From the IMG/VR virus record IMGVR_UViG_3300012942_000012, positions 1-46,295 of that record: DNA of 46,295 nt. The stretch is one strand, 5' to 3'. Made by a program: the position numbers and the translations under genes. Positions 35,268 to 44,632 of the stretch are shown here, in pieces. Origin of the DNA: a virus (lineage: Duplodnaviria; Caudoviricetes). Position 1 is the first letter of the stretch. The number at the start of each line of letters is the position of its first letter. Under the pieces are notes generated by a model. It searched no databases and was not told the origin of the DNA. It was given only the letters and a program-made list of their open reading frames with translations.

Positions 35268-38200
35268 TGGCAACAGTGTATGAAGCCGGACAGGCTCGCC
35301 TCACCATCGTCCCCGACGCCCGCGAATTCCGCAGCAAACTTGAAGCCGATCTGCGCAAGATCCAGGTCGACTACGCAGTCCAGATCAGCGCAGACCTCGC
35401 CCGGGCCCGCGCGGATATGGACAAGTTCCGCGCCGAGCAGGAAGCCCGCGCTATCCATCTGCGCGCCGAGGTCGACCGCGACCACCTGCGCCAGTCATTC
35501 GACGGCATGCTCCGCGATTTCGGCAATGTCGGCGAAACCCTCACCAACGCACTCAAGATCAACGCCGGCGCCGTCGGGATCGACCTGCTGCCCAGCCTCG
35601 CGGCGGGCTTGGCCTCCGTCGCCCAGGCGCTCGAGCAAGTCGCCGACGCCGGACTCGCTGTCCCGGGTATCCTCGCCGGGATCGGCGCCTCCGTCGGCGC
35701 CCTGGCGATCGGACTGTCCGGCGTCAAAGACGCCTGGTCCGCGATCTCCAAGGCGGCCAACGAATCCGGCGCTGACCAAGCCCGCCAAGCCCAGCAAGCC
35801 GTCGCCGCCAGTAACGCGGCCCGCAACGCCAAAGTCGACGAGATGCACGCCCAGCGGGATCTGGCCGACGCCTACCGCGACGCGCGAGAGCAGCTGGAAG
35901 ACCTCAACATTCAGCAGCGCGGCGGTGTGCTGTCGGAGAAAGAGGCGATCCTCGAAGCACAGAAAGCCCGCCGCGACCTGGCGACCGGCCGCTACAAAGA
36001 CGCCCTCGACTACCAATCGGCGCAACTGCGCGTCGAGGAAGCCGACCAGCGCGTCGTCGAAGCCCACCAGCGCAACATCGAACTCAACGAGAAGCTGGCC
36101 GACGCCAACGCCAAAGGCATCACCGGATCCGATCGCGTCGTCGACGCGAACGAACGGCTGGTCCGCTCACAACAGGCGGTGGCGGCCGCAAACTCCGCGC
36201 TGGCCAACCAGGGTGCTGAGGGACCCGCCGCCAAGGCAGCCGAGGCCATGGCGAAGCTGGCGCCCAATGCGCGCCAGTTCGTGCAGACCCTCATCGACCT
36301 CAAGCCCGCATTCACCGATCTACGCAACGCCGACGCTCAGGCGCTGTTCGACGGACTCGACGGATCACTGAAAAACCTTGTCAGCGCCGATCTCCCGACA
36401 CTACGCAGCGGTCTGACCAACATCGCGTCCGCCATCAACGGCGACATCAAACAGCTCTTCACCAGCTTCGGCTCCGACTCCAGCCGCGGGCTCCTCGACC
36501 GGATCCTCGGCAACACCGCAAACGCTGACACGCGCGTCCGCGCGGCGATCGATCCGGTCGTCCACGCGTTCGGCACACTCACTGCGACCAGCTCTGACTC
36601 GCTGCCCCGGCTCGCTGATGCCGTCGACCACGTCGCCGACCGGTTCGATCACTTCATCACCGCCGCCGCCGCCGACGGCCGGCTGCAGAAATGGATCAAC
36701 GACGGACTGACCGCGTTCGCCCACCTGGGTGACATCGCGCTGCATCTCGGCGAAACCTTCCACGGAATCTCAACAGCTCTGGGCGGCAAGGGATTACTGG
36801 CTGATCTGGACAACGTCACCGCGAAGATGGCCACCTTCGTCAACTCCGCACAAGGCCAAGAGAAACTGACGAAGCTGTTCCAAGAGGGCCGCGAGGAATT
36901 CCACAAGTGGGAGCCGGTCATCTCGAACATCGCGAAAATGCTGCCGGGCGTCTTCGAGGCGGCCAAAGCGCAGGCCGACACCTTCCTGCCGGTCATCAAG
37001 AGCATCACCGACCTGCTCGCGCAACATCCCGCCCTGCTGCAAACCGTCATCGGCGCCTACTTCGGCTGGAAGACCGTCCTCGAGCCGATCGGCTCGGTAT
37101 CCAAAGCGATCAGCAGCGTCAGTGACGTCGTTCGAACGCTCATCAAGGACATCAACGGTGTCGGCGATGCAGCGAAAGCGACTGCGACAGTCGTGCAAAC
37201 AGCAGCAGACGCCGAGATCGCCGCCGAGGGAGAAGTTGGCGCCGCCGCCGCCGCCGAGGCTGGTGCCTTCAGTACCGGCGGTGCCGGTGCCGCCGCTGGC
37301 GCGGGCGGTGCCGCAGCAGCGGGCGGGCTAGGGGCGGTGGCCGGCGCAGCCGGGGCAATCGCGGGCCCGGCGCTTGCGCTGGGCGCCGGCGCTGCCCTCA
37401 CCGAACAACAGGTCGACAAAGACTCGGTCCCGCTCGGCGGTGACCCGAAGCTGGCCGGCACCACTCGCAACGACATCACCCAAGACGACGTCAACAAACT
37501 CACTGTGCCGCAAGGATTCCCCAAACCCGGCTCGACGCAGGCCGAGGAAGCCATGTCGGGCATGGCGCTCAAAGGTGACCTCGCCGCGAAATGGGTTGTC
37601 TCGACCCAGAACAAGTGGGACCAGGCCGCCCGCTACGCGTGGCTGGTCAACCACCAGGATCAGGACAACAAGCCCGATTTCAAGCCGCCGCTGAAGTACT
37701 ACAAAGACGGCGGCGCCACCCCGCACAGCGCGGGCCCGCTGCCCGATGGCGGCTATCACGCCGTCATCCACCCGAGCGAGTACGTGCTCAACGCCGTAGG
37801 TCGGCAAGCAGTGGGAGATGCGTTCGCCGCCTCGGCCAACAAGGGCGTCGTGGACACGAGTCTGCTGCCGCAAAATTCCACGTTGGTATTAGACCCCTTC
37901 GACTCAGGAAGCGCCGGCGGAGGCAGTAGCAGCAACAGCGGCGGCGGCGCCGGCATCTTTGCGCGCGGTGTACCAGGTTCCACCGGATCGATTCCCGGTA
38001 TTAACGCGAAAAACGCGCCCCCAGCCTTGTTCCCACACTTCGGTGACGGCGGCCCAGGTGATCAGCCCAACGCAGATGTGACGTTGCAGGGCGACCCGCG
38101 TAACGCCGCCCCGAACCCGGCAACCCTTGGCCCACAAGGCATCGCGCCGAACCCCACCGGGGCGGGACCGGGCATCCTCGACAGCATCATCGGTGGCTTT

Positions 38201-40546
38201 GCTTCCGGTATTCAAGGCCCGATCGGTAACGCGATCGGACTGATCCAATCCGGCATCTCGATGGGGCAGGCCCAGTCCGGCGACAGCGGCGGCGGCGGTT
38301 TCGGCGGCGGGGGCTTCGGCGGGGGCGGAATGATCCCCGGGATCTGGGGGTTAGCCCAGGCCGGGGCGATAAGCGACCCGCAACAGCAGCAGGCCGCGCT
38401 CATGGCGTGGGGATCCCAAACCGCGCAATGGCTCGGGAACTTCGCCGGCAAAACCCTCTCGAGCGCGGCCGACATTGGCACCAACTTTGTGCTCGGCGGC
38501 CTCGGCCTGTCCGGCCTGTCCGGCTATGGCCAAGACATCTCCAAAACCGCCGGGTTCTACCTCGGCGACCAGTCCCCGTTCCGGTCCCTCATGGGCTCGT
38601 CGGGCGCGCCGGCGGCCGGGGACATCGGTATGCAGACCATCACCCTCGGTGACGGCTCGACCATCCAGATCCCCACCTACGGCACCGCACAGGGTCCGCT
38701 CAATGCCGGTCTCGGTGGCGGTTCCCCGGCCACGTTCAGCGGCACGCCAGATCCGGCCGCGGCCACGCCGACCGGCGACATCGTCACCGCCAACCCCGCC
38801 TCCCGTGCCGCGATACCACTGGGTGGCAGTACCACCTCGGCTGTGGCGCGCGCCGGCCTGCAGCCGCTCTACACCCCCGGAACCTCATTCGGCTACGGCC
38901 AAGCCCCGCCCCCCACCGCCAAGGTCCCCGCCTCGATCCTGCAGCTGGCCGACCAGTTCGGCCTGGAAGCCAGCACCTACGCCAGCGGCGGCTCGCTGCA
39001 CCAGGCCGGGTTCGCGTTCGACTTCCGCCCCAAAGGCGGCGACATGGGGCCGGCCGGTCGCGCCAAGATGGACGCGTTCGCCAGCTTCATTCAGAACAAT
39101 CTGCGCAGCCAAACCCTCGAGCTCATCCACTACGACCCGGGCCAAGCCGCCGCCCAGGTCAACTTCGACCCGTCCAAGGGCCAGTACTGGGGCATCGCCG
39201 GCGCCCAGGACGTCGACCACCCCGGCGACAAATACCAGGGCTACTTCACCCAAGGCGACCAGGGCTATTCGGGCCACTCCGACCATGTGCACTGGGCCAC
39301 CGACGCGCCGGTGCTCATCAGCCCGGCCGGCACGGCCCCCGGCGGTCAGAAAACGTGGTGGCAGGGCTGGAAGCCGGGCGCCGCGTCCGGCCCGTTGCCC
39401 GGCGCGAGCGGGATGGGCACCGCCGAGCTCCAACAGGCCGCCCACGCCATGTACTTGCAGGCCGGGATGCCGCCCGGGGAATGGTCGGCGTTTCAGCAGC
39501 TGATCAGCAACGAATCCGGGTGGAACCCCAACGCGCAAAACCCTGGCTCGACCGCGTTCGGGCTCGGCCAGTTCCTCGATTCCACCTGGAAATCGGTGGG
39601 CGGCGCCAAAACCAACGACCCGATGCAACAACTCGGGTTGATCTTCGCCTACCTGCGGTCGCGGTCGGACTACCACGGCTCGCCCGCCGCGGCGCTGGCA
39701 TTGTGGAATGCCCGCTCCCCGCACTGGTACGACGAGGGCGGGATGCTGCCCACCGGTTTGACCATGACCATGAACCAGACCGGCCGCCCCGAAGCCGTGC
39801 TGACACCCGAGCAGACGCAGGCCTACCAGGCTGTTGCGCAGCACCTGACCAACCCCAAGCCGGCGCCCCCATCGAGCGTGGCGCAGGTCCCTGACGCCCA
39901 CCAGCTGCAGCCCACCCCGGGCGCGACCAAACCGGAGCAGCCCCCCGCGCCGGCGCCCGAGCTGCCGCCGTCGACCCCGGCCGCAGCGGTCCCCAGCCCC
40001 GGCGGACCAACAGCCGACATCCCCGCACCGACACCCACCGGCGGCGCCATCAGCCCGTCACTGGCTGCACCCCAGGTCGCTGCGGCGCCCACCAATCTCG
40101 ATCACAACCTCAAAGCGATCGACACCGGGATCGATTCGGCCGCACAGGCGATCGGCCAGGCCGCCTCGACGGCGATCGGTATCGCGGCGTCGCTGGCGGG
40201 AAGCTCGGACTTCGCGCCCGGCGCCGGCGCGATCGGCGCCATCGGCCCCTACGTCGCGGGCGCGATCCAAGAAGGCGGCAAAGTCGTCAAAGACGTCGTC
40301 AACGTCCCCTCCTCATTCCTGGTCGGCAACGTCACCAGCGGCACCCAAGATTTGGCCTACGGCGCGCCGCTACGGCCGGCGCAGAACAACCCCAACGTCG
40401 GCGGCGGCGTACCCAGCGCGAGTGTCACCAACTGGAACATCAGCGGCAATTACGAACTGCGCACAGCGATGGCCCAGGCCGAACTCAAACAGTCCCAAGA
40501 CAGCCAAACCTATTACGCCAGCCACCCGAGGATCCCCGGCACATGA
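35267..40546 (+). CDS. Tape measure protein with two peptidoglycan-hydrolase-like motifs
   Basis: 1759 aa, Ala/Gly-rich helical; LHQAGFAFDF..HSDHVHW and LISNESGWNPNAQNPGSTAFGLGQF. Confidence 0.92.
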   Translation: MATVYEAGQARLTIVPDAREFRSKLEADLRKIQVDYAVQISADLARARADMDKFRAEQEARAIHLRAEVDRDHLRQSFDGMLRDFGNVGETLTNALKINAGAVGIDLLPSLAAGLASVAQALEQVADAGLAVPGILAGIGASVGALAIGLSGVKDAWSAISKAANESGADQARQAQQAVAASNAARNAKVDEMHAQRDLADAYRDAREQLEDLNIQQRGGVLSEKEAILEAQKARRDLATGRYKDALDYQSAQLRVEEADQRVVEAHQRNIELNEKLADANAKGITGSDRVVDANERLVRSQQAVAAANSALANQGAEGPAAKAAEAMAKLAPNARQFVQTLIDLKPAFTDLRNADAQALFDGLDGSLKNLVSADLPTLRSGLTNIASAINGDIKQLFTSFGSDSSRGLLDRILGNTANADTRVRAAIDPVVHAFGTLTATSSDSLPRLADAVDHVADRFDHFITAAAADGRLQKWINDGLTAFAHLGDIALHLGETFHGISTALGGKGLLADLDNVTAKMATFVNSAQGQEKLTKLFQEGREEFHKWEPVISNIAKMLPGVFEAAKAQADTFLPVIKSITDLLAQHPALLQTVIGAYFGWKTVLEPIGSVSKAISSVSDVVRTLIKDINGVGDAAKATATVVQTAADAEIAAEGEVGAAAAAEAGAFSTGGAGAAAGAGGAAAAGGLGAVAGAAGAIAGPALALGAGAALTEQQVDKDSVPLGGDPKLAGTTRNDITQDDVNKLTVPQGFPKPGSTQAEEAMSGMALKGDLAAKWVVSTQNKWDQAARYAWLVNHQDQDNKPDFKPPLKYYKDGGATPHSAGPLPDGGYHAVIHPSEYVLNAVGRQAVGDAFAASANKGVVDTSLLPQNSTLVLDPFDSGSAGGGSSSNSGGGAGIFARGVPGSTGSIPGINAKNAPPALFPHFGDGGPGDQPNADVTLQGDPRNAAPNPATLGPQGIAPNPTGAGPGILDSIIGGFASGIQGPIGNAIGLIQSGISMGQAQSGDSGGGGFGGGGFGGGGMIPGIWGLAQAGAISDPQQQQAALMAWGSQTAQWLGNFAGKTLSSAADIGTNFVLGGLGLSGLSGYGQDISKTAGFYLGDQSPFRSLMGSSGAPAAGDIGMQTITLGDGSTIQIPTYGTAQGPLNAGLGGGSPATFSGTPDPAAATPTGDIVTANPASRAAIPLGGSTTSAVARAGLQPLYTPGTSFGYGQAPPPTAKVPASILQLADQFGLEASTYASGGSLHQAGFAFDFRPKGGDMGPAGRAKMDAFASFIQNNLRSQTLELIHYDPGQAAAQVNFDPSKGQYWGIAGAQDVDHPGDKYQGYFTQGDQGYSGHSDHVHWATDAPVLISPAGTAPGGQKTWWQGWKPGAASGPLPGASGMGTAELQQAAHAMYLQAGMPPGEWSAFQQLISNESGWNPNAQNPGSTAFGLGQFLDSTWKSVGGAKTNDPMQQLGLIFAYLRSRSDYHGSPAAALALWNARSPHWYDEGGMLPTGLTMTMNQTGRPEAVLTPEQTQAYQAVAQHLTNPKPAPPSSVAQVPDAHQLQPTPGATKPEQPPAPAPELPPSTPAAAVPSPGGPTADIPAPTPTGGAISPSLAAPQVAAAPTNLDHNLKAIDTGIDSAAQAIGQAASTAIGIAASLAGSSDFAPGAGAIGAIGPYVAGAIQEGGKVVKDVVNVPSSFLVGNVTSGTQDLAYGAPLRPAQNNPNVGGGVPSASVTNWNISGNYELRTAMAQAELKQSQDSQTYYASHPRIPGT

Positions 40547-41478
40547 TCCGACGAACCGGCGACATCATCGACGTCTACGGCGTCAACGGCGACTTCTGCC
40601 GCATCAGCCCACCCGGATTCTCCTGGGGCCCAGTACTGGCGGCGGGATCGACCGGCCTGTATGACATGCCGCTGCAATCGAACTGGGGCAGCTACGGATT
40701 CGGGCAGTTCTACCAATCGTGGAAACCAAAGCGACGCAACGTCGTCTGGACGGTCGACGTGATGAACCCCGAAAGCGGCCACCTCATCGACCAGGACAAA
40801 GACCTCTGGCACACCATTTACTCGAGGTGGAAAGCCATGTTCTCCCCGTCCGAAGAAGCCACCATCGCCTACACCTCCGTCGACGGGCAACGCACCCTCG
40901 GTGTCCGCACGGTGGACACACCGAAACCGTTCTCCGCGCACAACTTCGAAGGCCGCGACCCGCACCTGTTCAAATTCGGGTCGATCGTGCAAACCATGGG
41001 CTGCGAGCTCCCGTTCTACGTCGGCGAAACCAAACGCTTCGCCCACGAAATCGACGGTATCGGCCAGTTCTGGTTCCCCATGGCGTTCTACAACCCCGCC
41101 AGCGTCGACATCTGGCCGGTCTGGCACCTCACAGGCGGCGTCACCGCCCAGCTGCCCGACTTCTCCTACGGCAGCGAAGCCTACGGCCGCGGCCAGTCCG
41201 ACATCGGCAAAACCATCTTGCTCGCCCCGCTGATGACCGACGAGGACCTCGACATCCAAACCCGGCCCGACCTCGAAACCTTCATCACCAGCCTGGAAAC
41301 CAATTACGCCGGCCGCATGAAAGGCCGCGACTTCGAATACCCGATCGCCCCCGGCGCCGGCGACCCCGACGAAGGCTGCATCGTGCGCATCAACAACACC
41401 AACCCTGACGGCTGCCGCGTCGAACTCGACCTCACCTTCTGGTACGACGAACCGTTCTCCACCGCGAGGGTCGTGTGA
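40543..41478 (+). CDS. Minor tail protein (distal tail-like)
   Basis: First gene after the tape measure gene; 311 aa. Confidence 0.8.
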   Translation: MIRRTGDIIDVYGVNGDFCRISPPGFSWGPVLAAGSTGLYDMPLQSNWGSYGFGQFYQSWKPKRRNVVWTVDVMNPESGHLIDQDKDLWHTIYSRWKAMFSPSEEATIAYTSVDGQRTLGVRTVDTPKPFSAHNFEGRDPHLFKFGSIVQTMGCELPFYVGETKRFAHEIDGIGQFWFPMAFYNPASVDIWPVWHLTGGVTAQLPDFSYGSEAYGRGQSDIGKTILLAPLMTDEDLDIQTRPDLETFITSLETNYAGRMKGRDFEYPIAPGAGDPDEGCIVRINNTNPDGCRVELDLTFWYDEPFSTARVV

Positions 41479-43229
41479 CCACCGCGCTCGAAACGCGCCT
41501 GGCGGCCTCGATCGCCACCACCACCGAAATCCGGCGGCAACGCAAAGCGATTCAGCGCGCCCAGACCGTCATCAGGATCTACAAGAACAACCCCGACGGA
41601 TCAGCGGGCCTCATCCCGGTCGGTCGGCTCAGCCAGTTCGAACCCACCAAACACAACTTCGACGAGCAGGGCAACGTCGCCAAGTCCGGCATGTTCGAGC
41701 TGCGCGGATCGCACTGGATAGCGAAATTCATTGCCTCCGTGCCGAACAACCCGAACGAGTGCAAGAACATCGTGATCGTCGTCGACAAATTCGGCGGAAA
41801 CTGGCGTTGGTCCGGGCTGATGCATCACTGGCAGGCGTACACCAAAGACGGCGTGGATTACCTGATGGCGTCCTTCAACCACGACCTGCAGGTACTGCAG
41901 TTCACCCTGGGGCCGCCGAACCCGCTGCTGCCCATGGAGATTTTCGCCTTCCCGCGCGATTGGTTCCAGTGGGGTCCCGGCTGCTGGTCCATCGGATTCT
42001 TCATCTTCCTGCAGCTCATCCGCAGGCAGGCAACAGAATTCGGCGCTGGACTAATCCAGGGACTCATCACTTTGGTGGAAGACCCACTCGACATCGGGCA
42101 GTGGGCCCAAAACGAGATCGACCTGCTCAACCCGGCGGATTGGCAGGTCCACGTCGAAGCGCCGTCGTTTTGGAACGACTCCAGCTTGTGGGTGCCGATC
42201 GCGTCGCGCATGAACACCGTCGACAGCGTGATCGCCGCCGGCTTGGACGACGGGCAGCTCTCGATCAGTGCTCGCCGCTACTTCACCGACGAAGGCGAAT
42301 ACAAGACCGACATGTTCGGCAACGTCATCGCCAACGGCGCCCTGGTGCTCAAAGTCGAAGACAAATCGCAGTTCTCGCTGCCGTTGGGCATCCTCGGATC
42401 CGGTACCGCCGCCTCCGGCCTAGCGCGCACCGTGCTGCAGTGGGTCGACGGATTCATCGAAGACACCCTCAACGAGGTCACCGACGACGAATCGCTCTAT
42501 CCCGACGAATACTGGCAAAGCGGCTTTTTGGGAAGCTTCGCCTCCGTACCCAGCGTCACCGTCCGCGATTCCTGGTGGCAAGACCTGCAATCGATCGTCA
42601 CCTACGCCGAATCAACATCGGTGTCAGTGGTGGTGGGCGGCGACAACCCGACCACCGACGCCATCGCGAAGCTGATCATCGAATCCGTCGGCAACCTGCT
42701 CGGCTACTTCCTGCTGGGCGGCTTCGACTCGGCCGGCGACATCGCCGCCGACATCATCATGCCGTTCTTGGTGGGCACCATCGCCGCCTGGGATCAGTGG
42801 ACGAACACCGGACGGCAAAAAAACCTCGGCTGGGTCCACCTCTTCGAGACCTTCCAACAAGGCGCCGAGAACAACTCATGGAGCATCGCCGCGCTGGCCG
42901 CGATGCGCGGCGGGTTCAACGCCACCAGCGCGCAAACCAACCACACGATGGTCATGGACGAATCCTGCTGGGCCATCCCCGGCATGCATTTCACCATGAA
43001 AGACCGCATCGCGTCGAGTTCGGGGGCGTTGCAGCGCATGGGGATTGACATGCTGTTCGTCAACCAGGTCGAAGAAATGAACCTGGTCGGCGACGACACC
43101 GGCGCCTGCCAATTCGTCGTGAAATCCGGCAAGAACGACGCCGCGAAAACCATCGGCGAACGCACCGCCCAGCAGCTGAAGTTTGTGCTCGACAAGATCC
43201 AAGACATCGGAGTGCATCTCATCTCATGA
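41475..43229 (+). CDS. Minor tail protein (hub/Gp37-like)
   Basis: RWSGLM..NPLLP..FP..GP..VVGGDNP..GTIAAW. Confidence 0.85.
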   Translation: MTTALETRLAASIATTTEIRRQRKAIQRAQTVIRIYKNNPDGSAGLIPVGRLSQFEPTKHNFDEQGNVAKSGMFELRGSHWIAKFIASVPNNPNECKNIVIVVDKFGGNWRWSGLMHHWQAYTKDGVDYLMASFNHDLQVLQFTLGPPNPLLPMEIFAFPRDWFQWGPGCWSIGFFIFLQLIRRQATEFGAGLIQGLITLVEDPLDIGQWAQNEIDLLNPADWQVHVEAPSFWNDSSLWVPIASRMNTVDSVIAAGLDDGQLSISARRYFTDEGEYKTDMFGNVIANGALVLKVEDKSQFSLPLGILGSGTAASGLARTVLQWVDGFIEDTLNEVTDDESLYPDEYWQSGFLGSFASVPSVTVRDSWWQDLQSIVTYAESTSVSVVVGGDNPTTDAIAKLIIESVGNLLGYFLLGGFDSAGDIAADIIMPFLVGTIAAWDQWTNTGRQKNLGWVHLFETFQQGAENNSWSIAALAAMRGGFNATSAQTNHTMVMDESCWAIPGMHFTMKDRIASSSGALQRMGIDMLFVNQVEEMNLVGDDTGACQFVVKSGKNDAAKTIGERTAQQLKFVLDKIQDIGVHLIS

Positions 43230-43242
43230 AAGCAGCCCTATC

Positions 43243-44244
43243 GTGACCAGAACCTCGCGCCTGGACCCGCTTCCCTCGGTTGTCGTGCTGTCCCGGGGCA
43301 GCACCTTCAACCCGCAGCCCCACGAGCCGCCCTACACGCTGCCCGACACCGGCACACAGTGGCCCGACGACGCTACCGCGCAGCTTGTCTTCACCGACAA
43401 CACCGGCGGCCAACTCGCCACGGTCGCAGGAACCGTCGACCCCTTCGCCATCACCTTCACCCCCACCGCGCCCGCCGTCATGGACCTGATCCCGAACGGC
43501 GCGAATTTCGAACTGTTCGTCACCACATCAGATGGCAGCCCCTATCAGATCCGGCACGGCAAGGTCATCCGGAAAGAGGCCAACTACCTGCAGGCTCCCG
43601 CGTCGACCACCATCACGCCCGTGCAGTTCACCGACACCTGGCCGACAACGGGACTGCGCAGCACCTGGCTGCGCATGGCGGGATCGCCAACCGTGCACGA
43701 CAATTCGGGCGCCTCGCTGCCCAACGGTGTCGGCGGCCCAGGGACCTCGGGCGTGCACAACGACGCGATGCGCTGGTACCGGCCGCTCAACGGCGACAAC
43801 TTCCAGATCGTGTTCAACATCGTCGACCTGCACAACGCGAGCAACAACAGCTACAGCCGGCTGCGGGTGCTCGGCGCCGCCGACCAGTATTTCAGCATCG
43901 GCATCGGTGTCGAACTCGCTGACGTCGTCGACGGCAGCGGACATCGGACCCAGACGTTCGCGTTCATCCTCGTCACCGGCCCCACGACTGTGTCCTACCT
44001 CGGCACGCCGACCACGCACGCGTTCAACAACGGCGATGAATACATGCTCGACTACGACGAAACCACCCAAACCGTGACGCTGTACGCCGGCACCAACGAA
44101 GCCGTGAATCTCGGTGGCTGGCAGGACACTTCGGGAACGATTCCGCACGGTCCCGGCTACCGCTATCTCGGACTTGGCTGGTCCAATAGCTCCTCCAACA
44201 ACGGCCTGCAGGTGACCAACTGGACGGCCGCCGACTATGTCTGA
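43243..44244 (+). CDS. Minor tail protein
   Basis: LSRGSTF..WP..A.L.F N-terminal domain plus a lectin-like C-terminus ending HGPGYRYLG; start GTG 43243. Confidence 0.75.
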   Translation: MTRTSRLDPLPSVVVLSRGSTFNPQPHEPPYTLPDTGTQWPDDATAQLVFTDNTGGQLATVAGTVDPFAITFTPTAPAVMDLIPNGANFELFVTTSDGSPYQIRHGKVIRKEANYLQAPASTTITPVQFTDTWPTTGLRSTWLRMAGSPTVHDNSGASLPNGVGGPGTSGVHNDAMRWYRPLNGDNFQIVFNIVDLHNASNNSYSRLRVLGAADQYFSIGIGVELADVVDGSGHRTQTFAFILVTGPTTVSYLGTPTTHAFNNGDEYMLDYDETTQTVTLYAGTNEAVNLGGWQDTSGTIPHGPGYRYLGLGWSNSSSNNGLQVTNWTAADYV

Positions 44245-44632
44245 CACCGAAAAGCTGAATCAGTGCGTGCTGATCGCGAAAGCCCTGTGGTTCCTGCCGC
44301 CGCCGGCGCGCCGCGAGTTCGCAGTCGGCCTGTACGACTTGGGTGTGCGGGTTCACCCAGAGTTGGCCACCCAACAGATCATGGTCAGCGGTGTGCCCGG
44401 CATGGGCGCGCACGCCCCGCAGCGGCCCGTGAGCCGCAGCGGACGCGACCAGTGGGCGCTGGTGCGCGAATGGGCCCCAGACTTGGCCGACAAAGCTGAC
44501 GCGGCCACGACCGAAGCGCAAAAGCAAGAAATACTGGCAGAGATCCGCACTCGTTACTCCGACATCATCGCCGAGGCCGAACAGCGGATCACCGCTGAGG
44601 CTGAACGGCTCGGCGCCGGCGGGGGCGCCTGA
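44237..44632 (+). CDS. DUF2744-like tail-region protein
   Basis: A..LYDLGVRVHPE motif; overlapping start/stop codons. Confidence 0.6.
   Translation: MSDTEKLNQCVLIAKALWFLPPPARREFAVGLYDLGVRVHPELATQQIMVSGVPGMGAHAPQRPVSRSGRDQWALVREWAPDLADKADAATTEAQKQEILAEIRTRYSDIIAEAEQRITAEAERLGAGGGA

Noticed and set aside
38366-38376. CGATAAGCGAC match to dif
   Set aside because: Inside tape measure coding sequence with no second arm; likely chance
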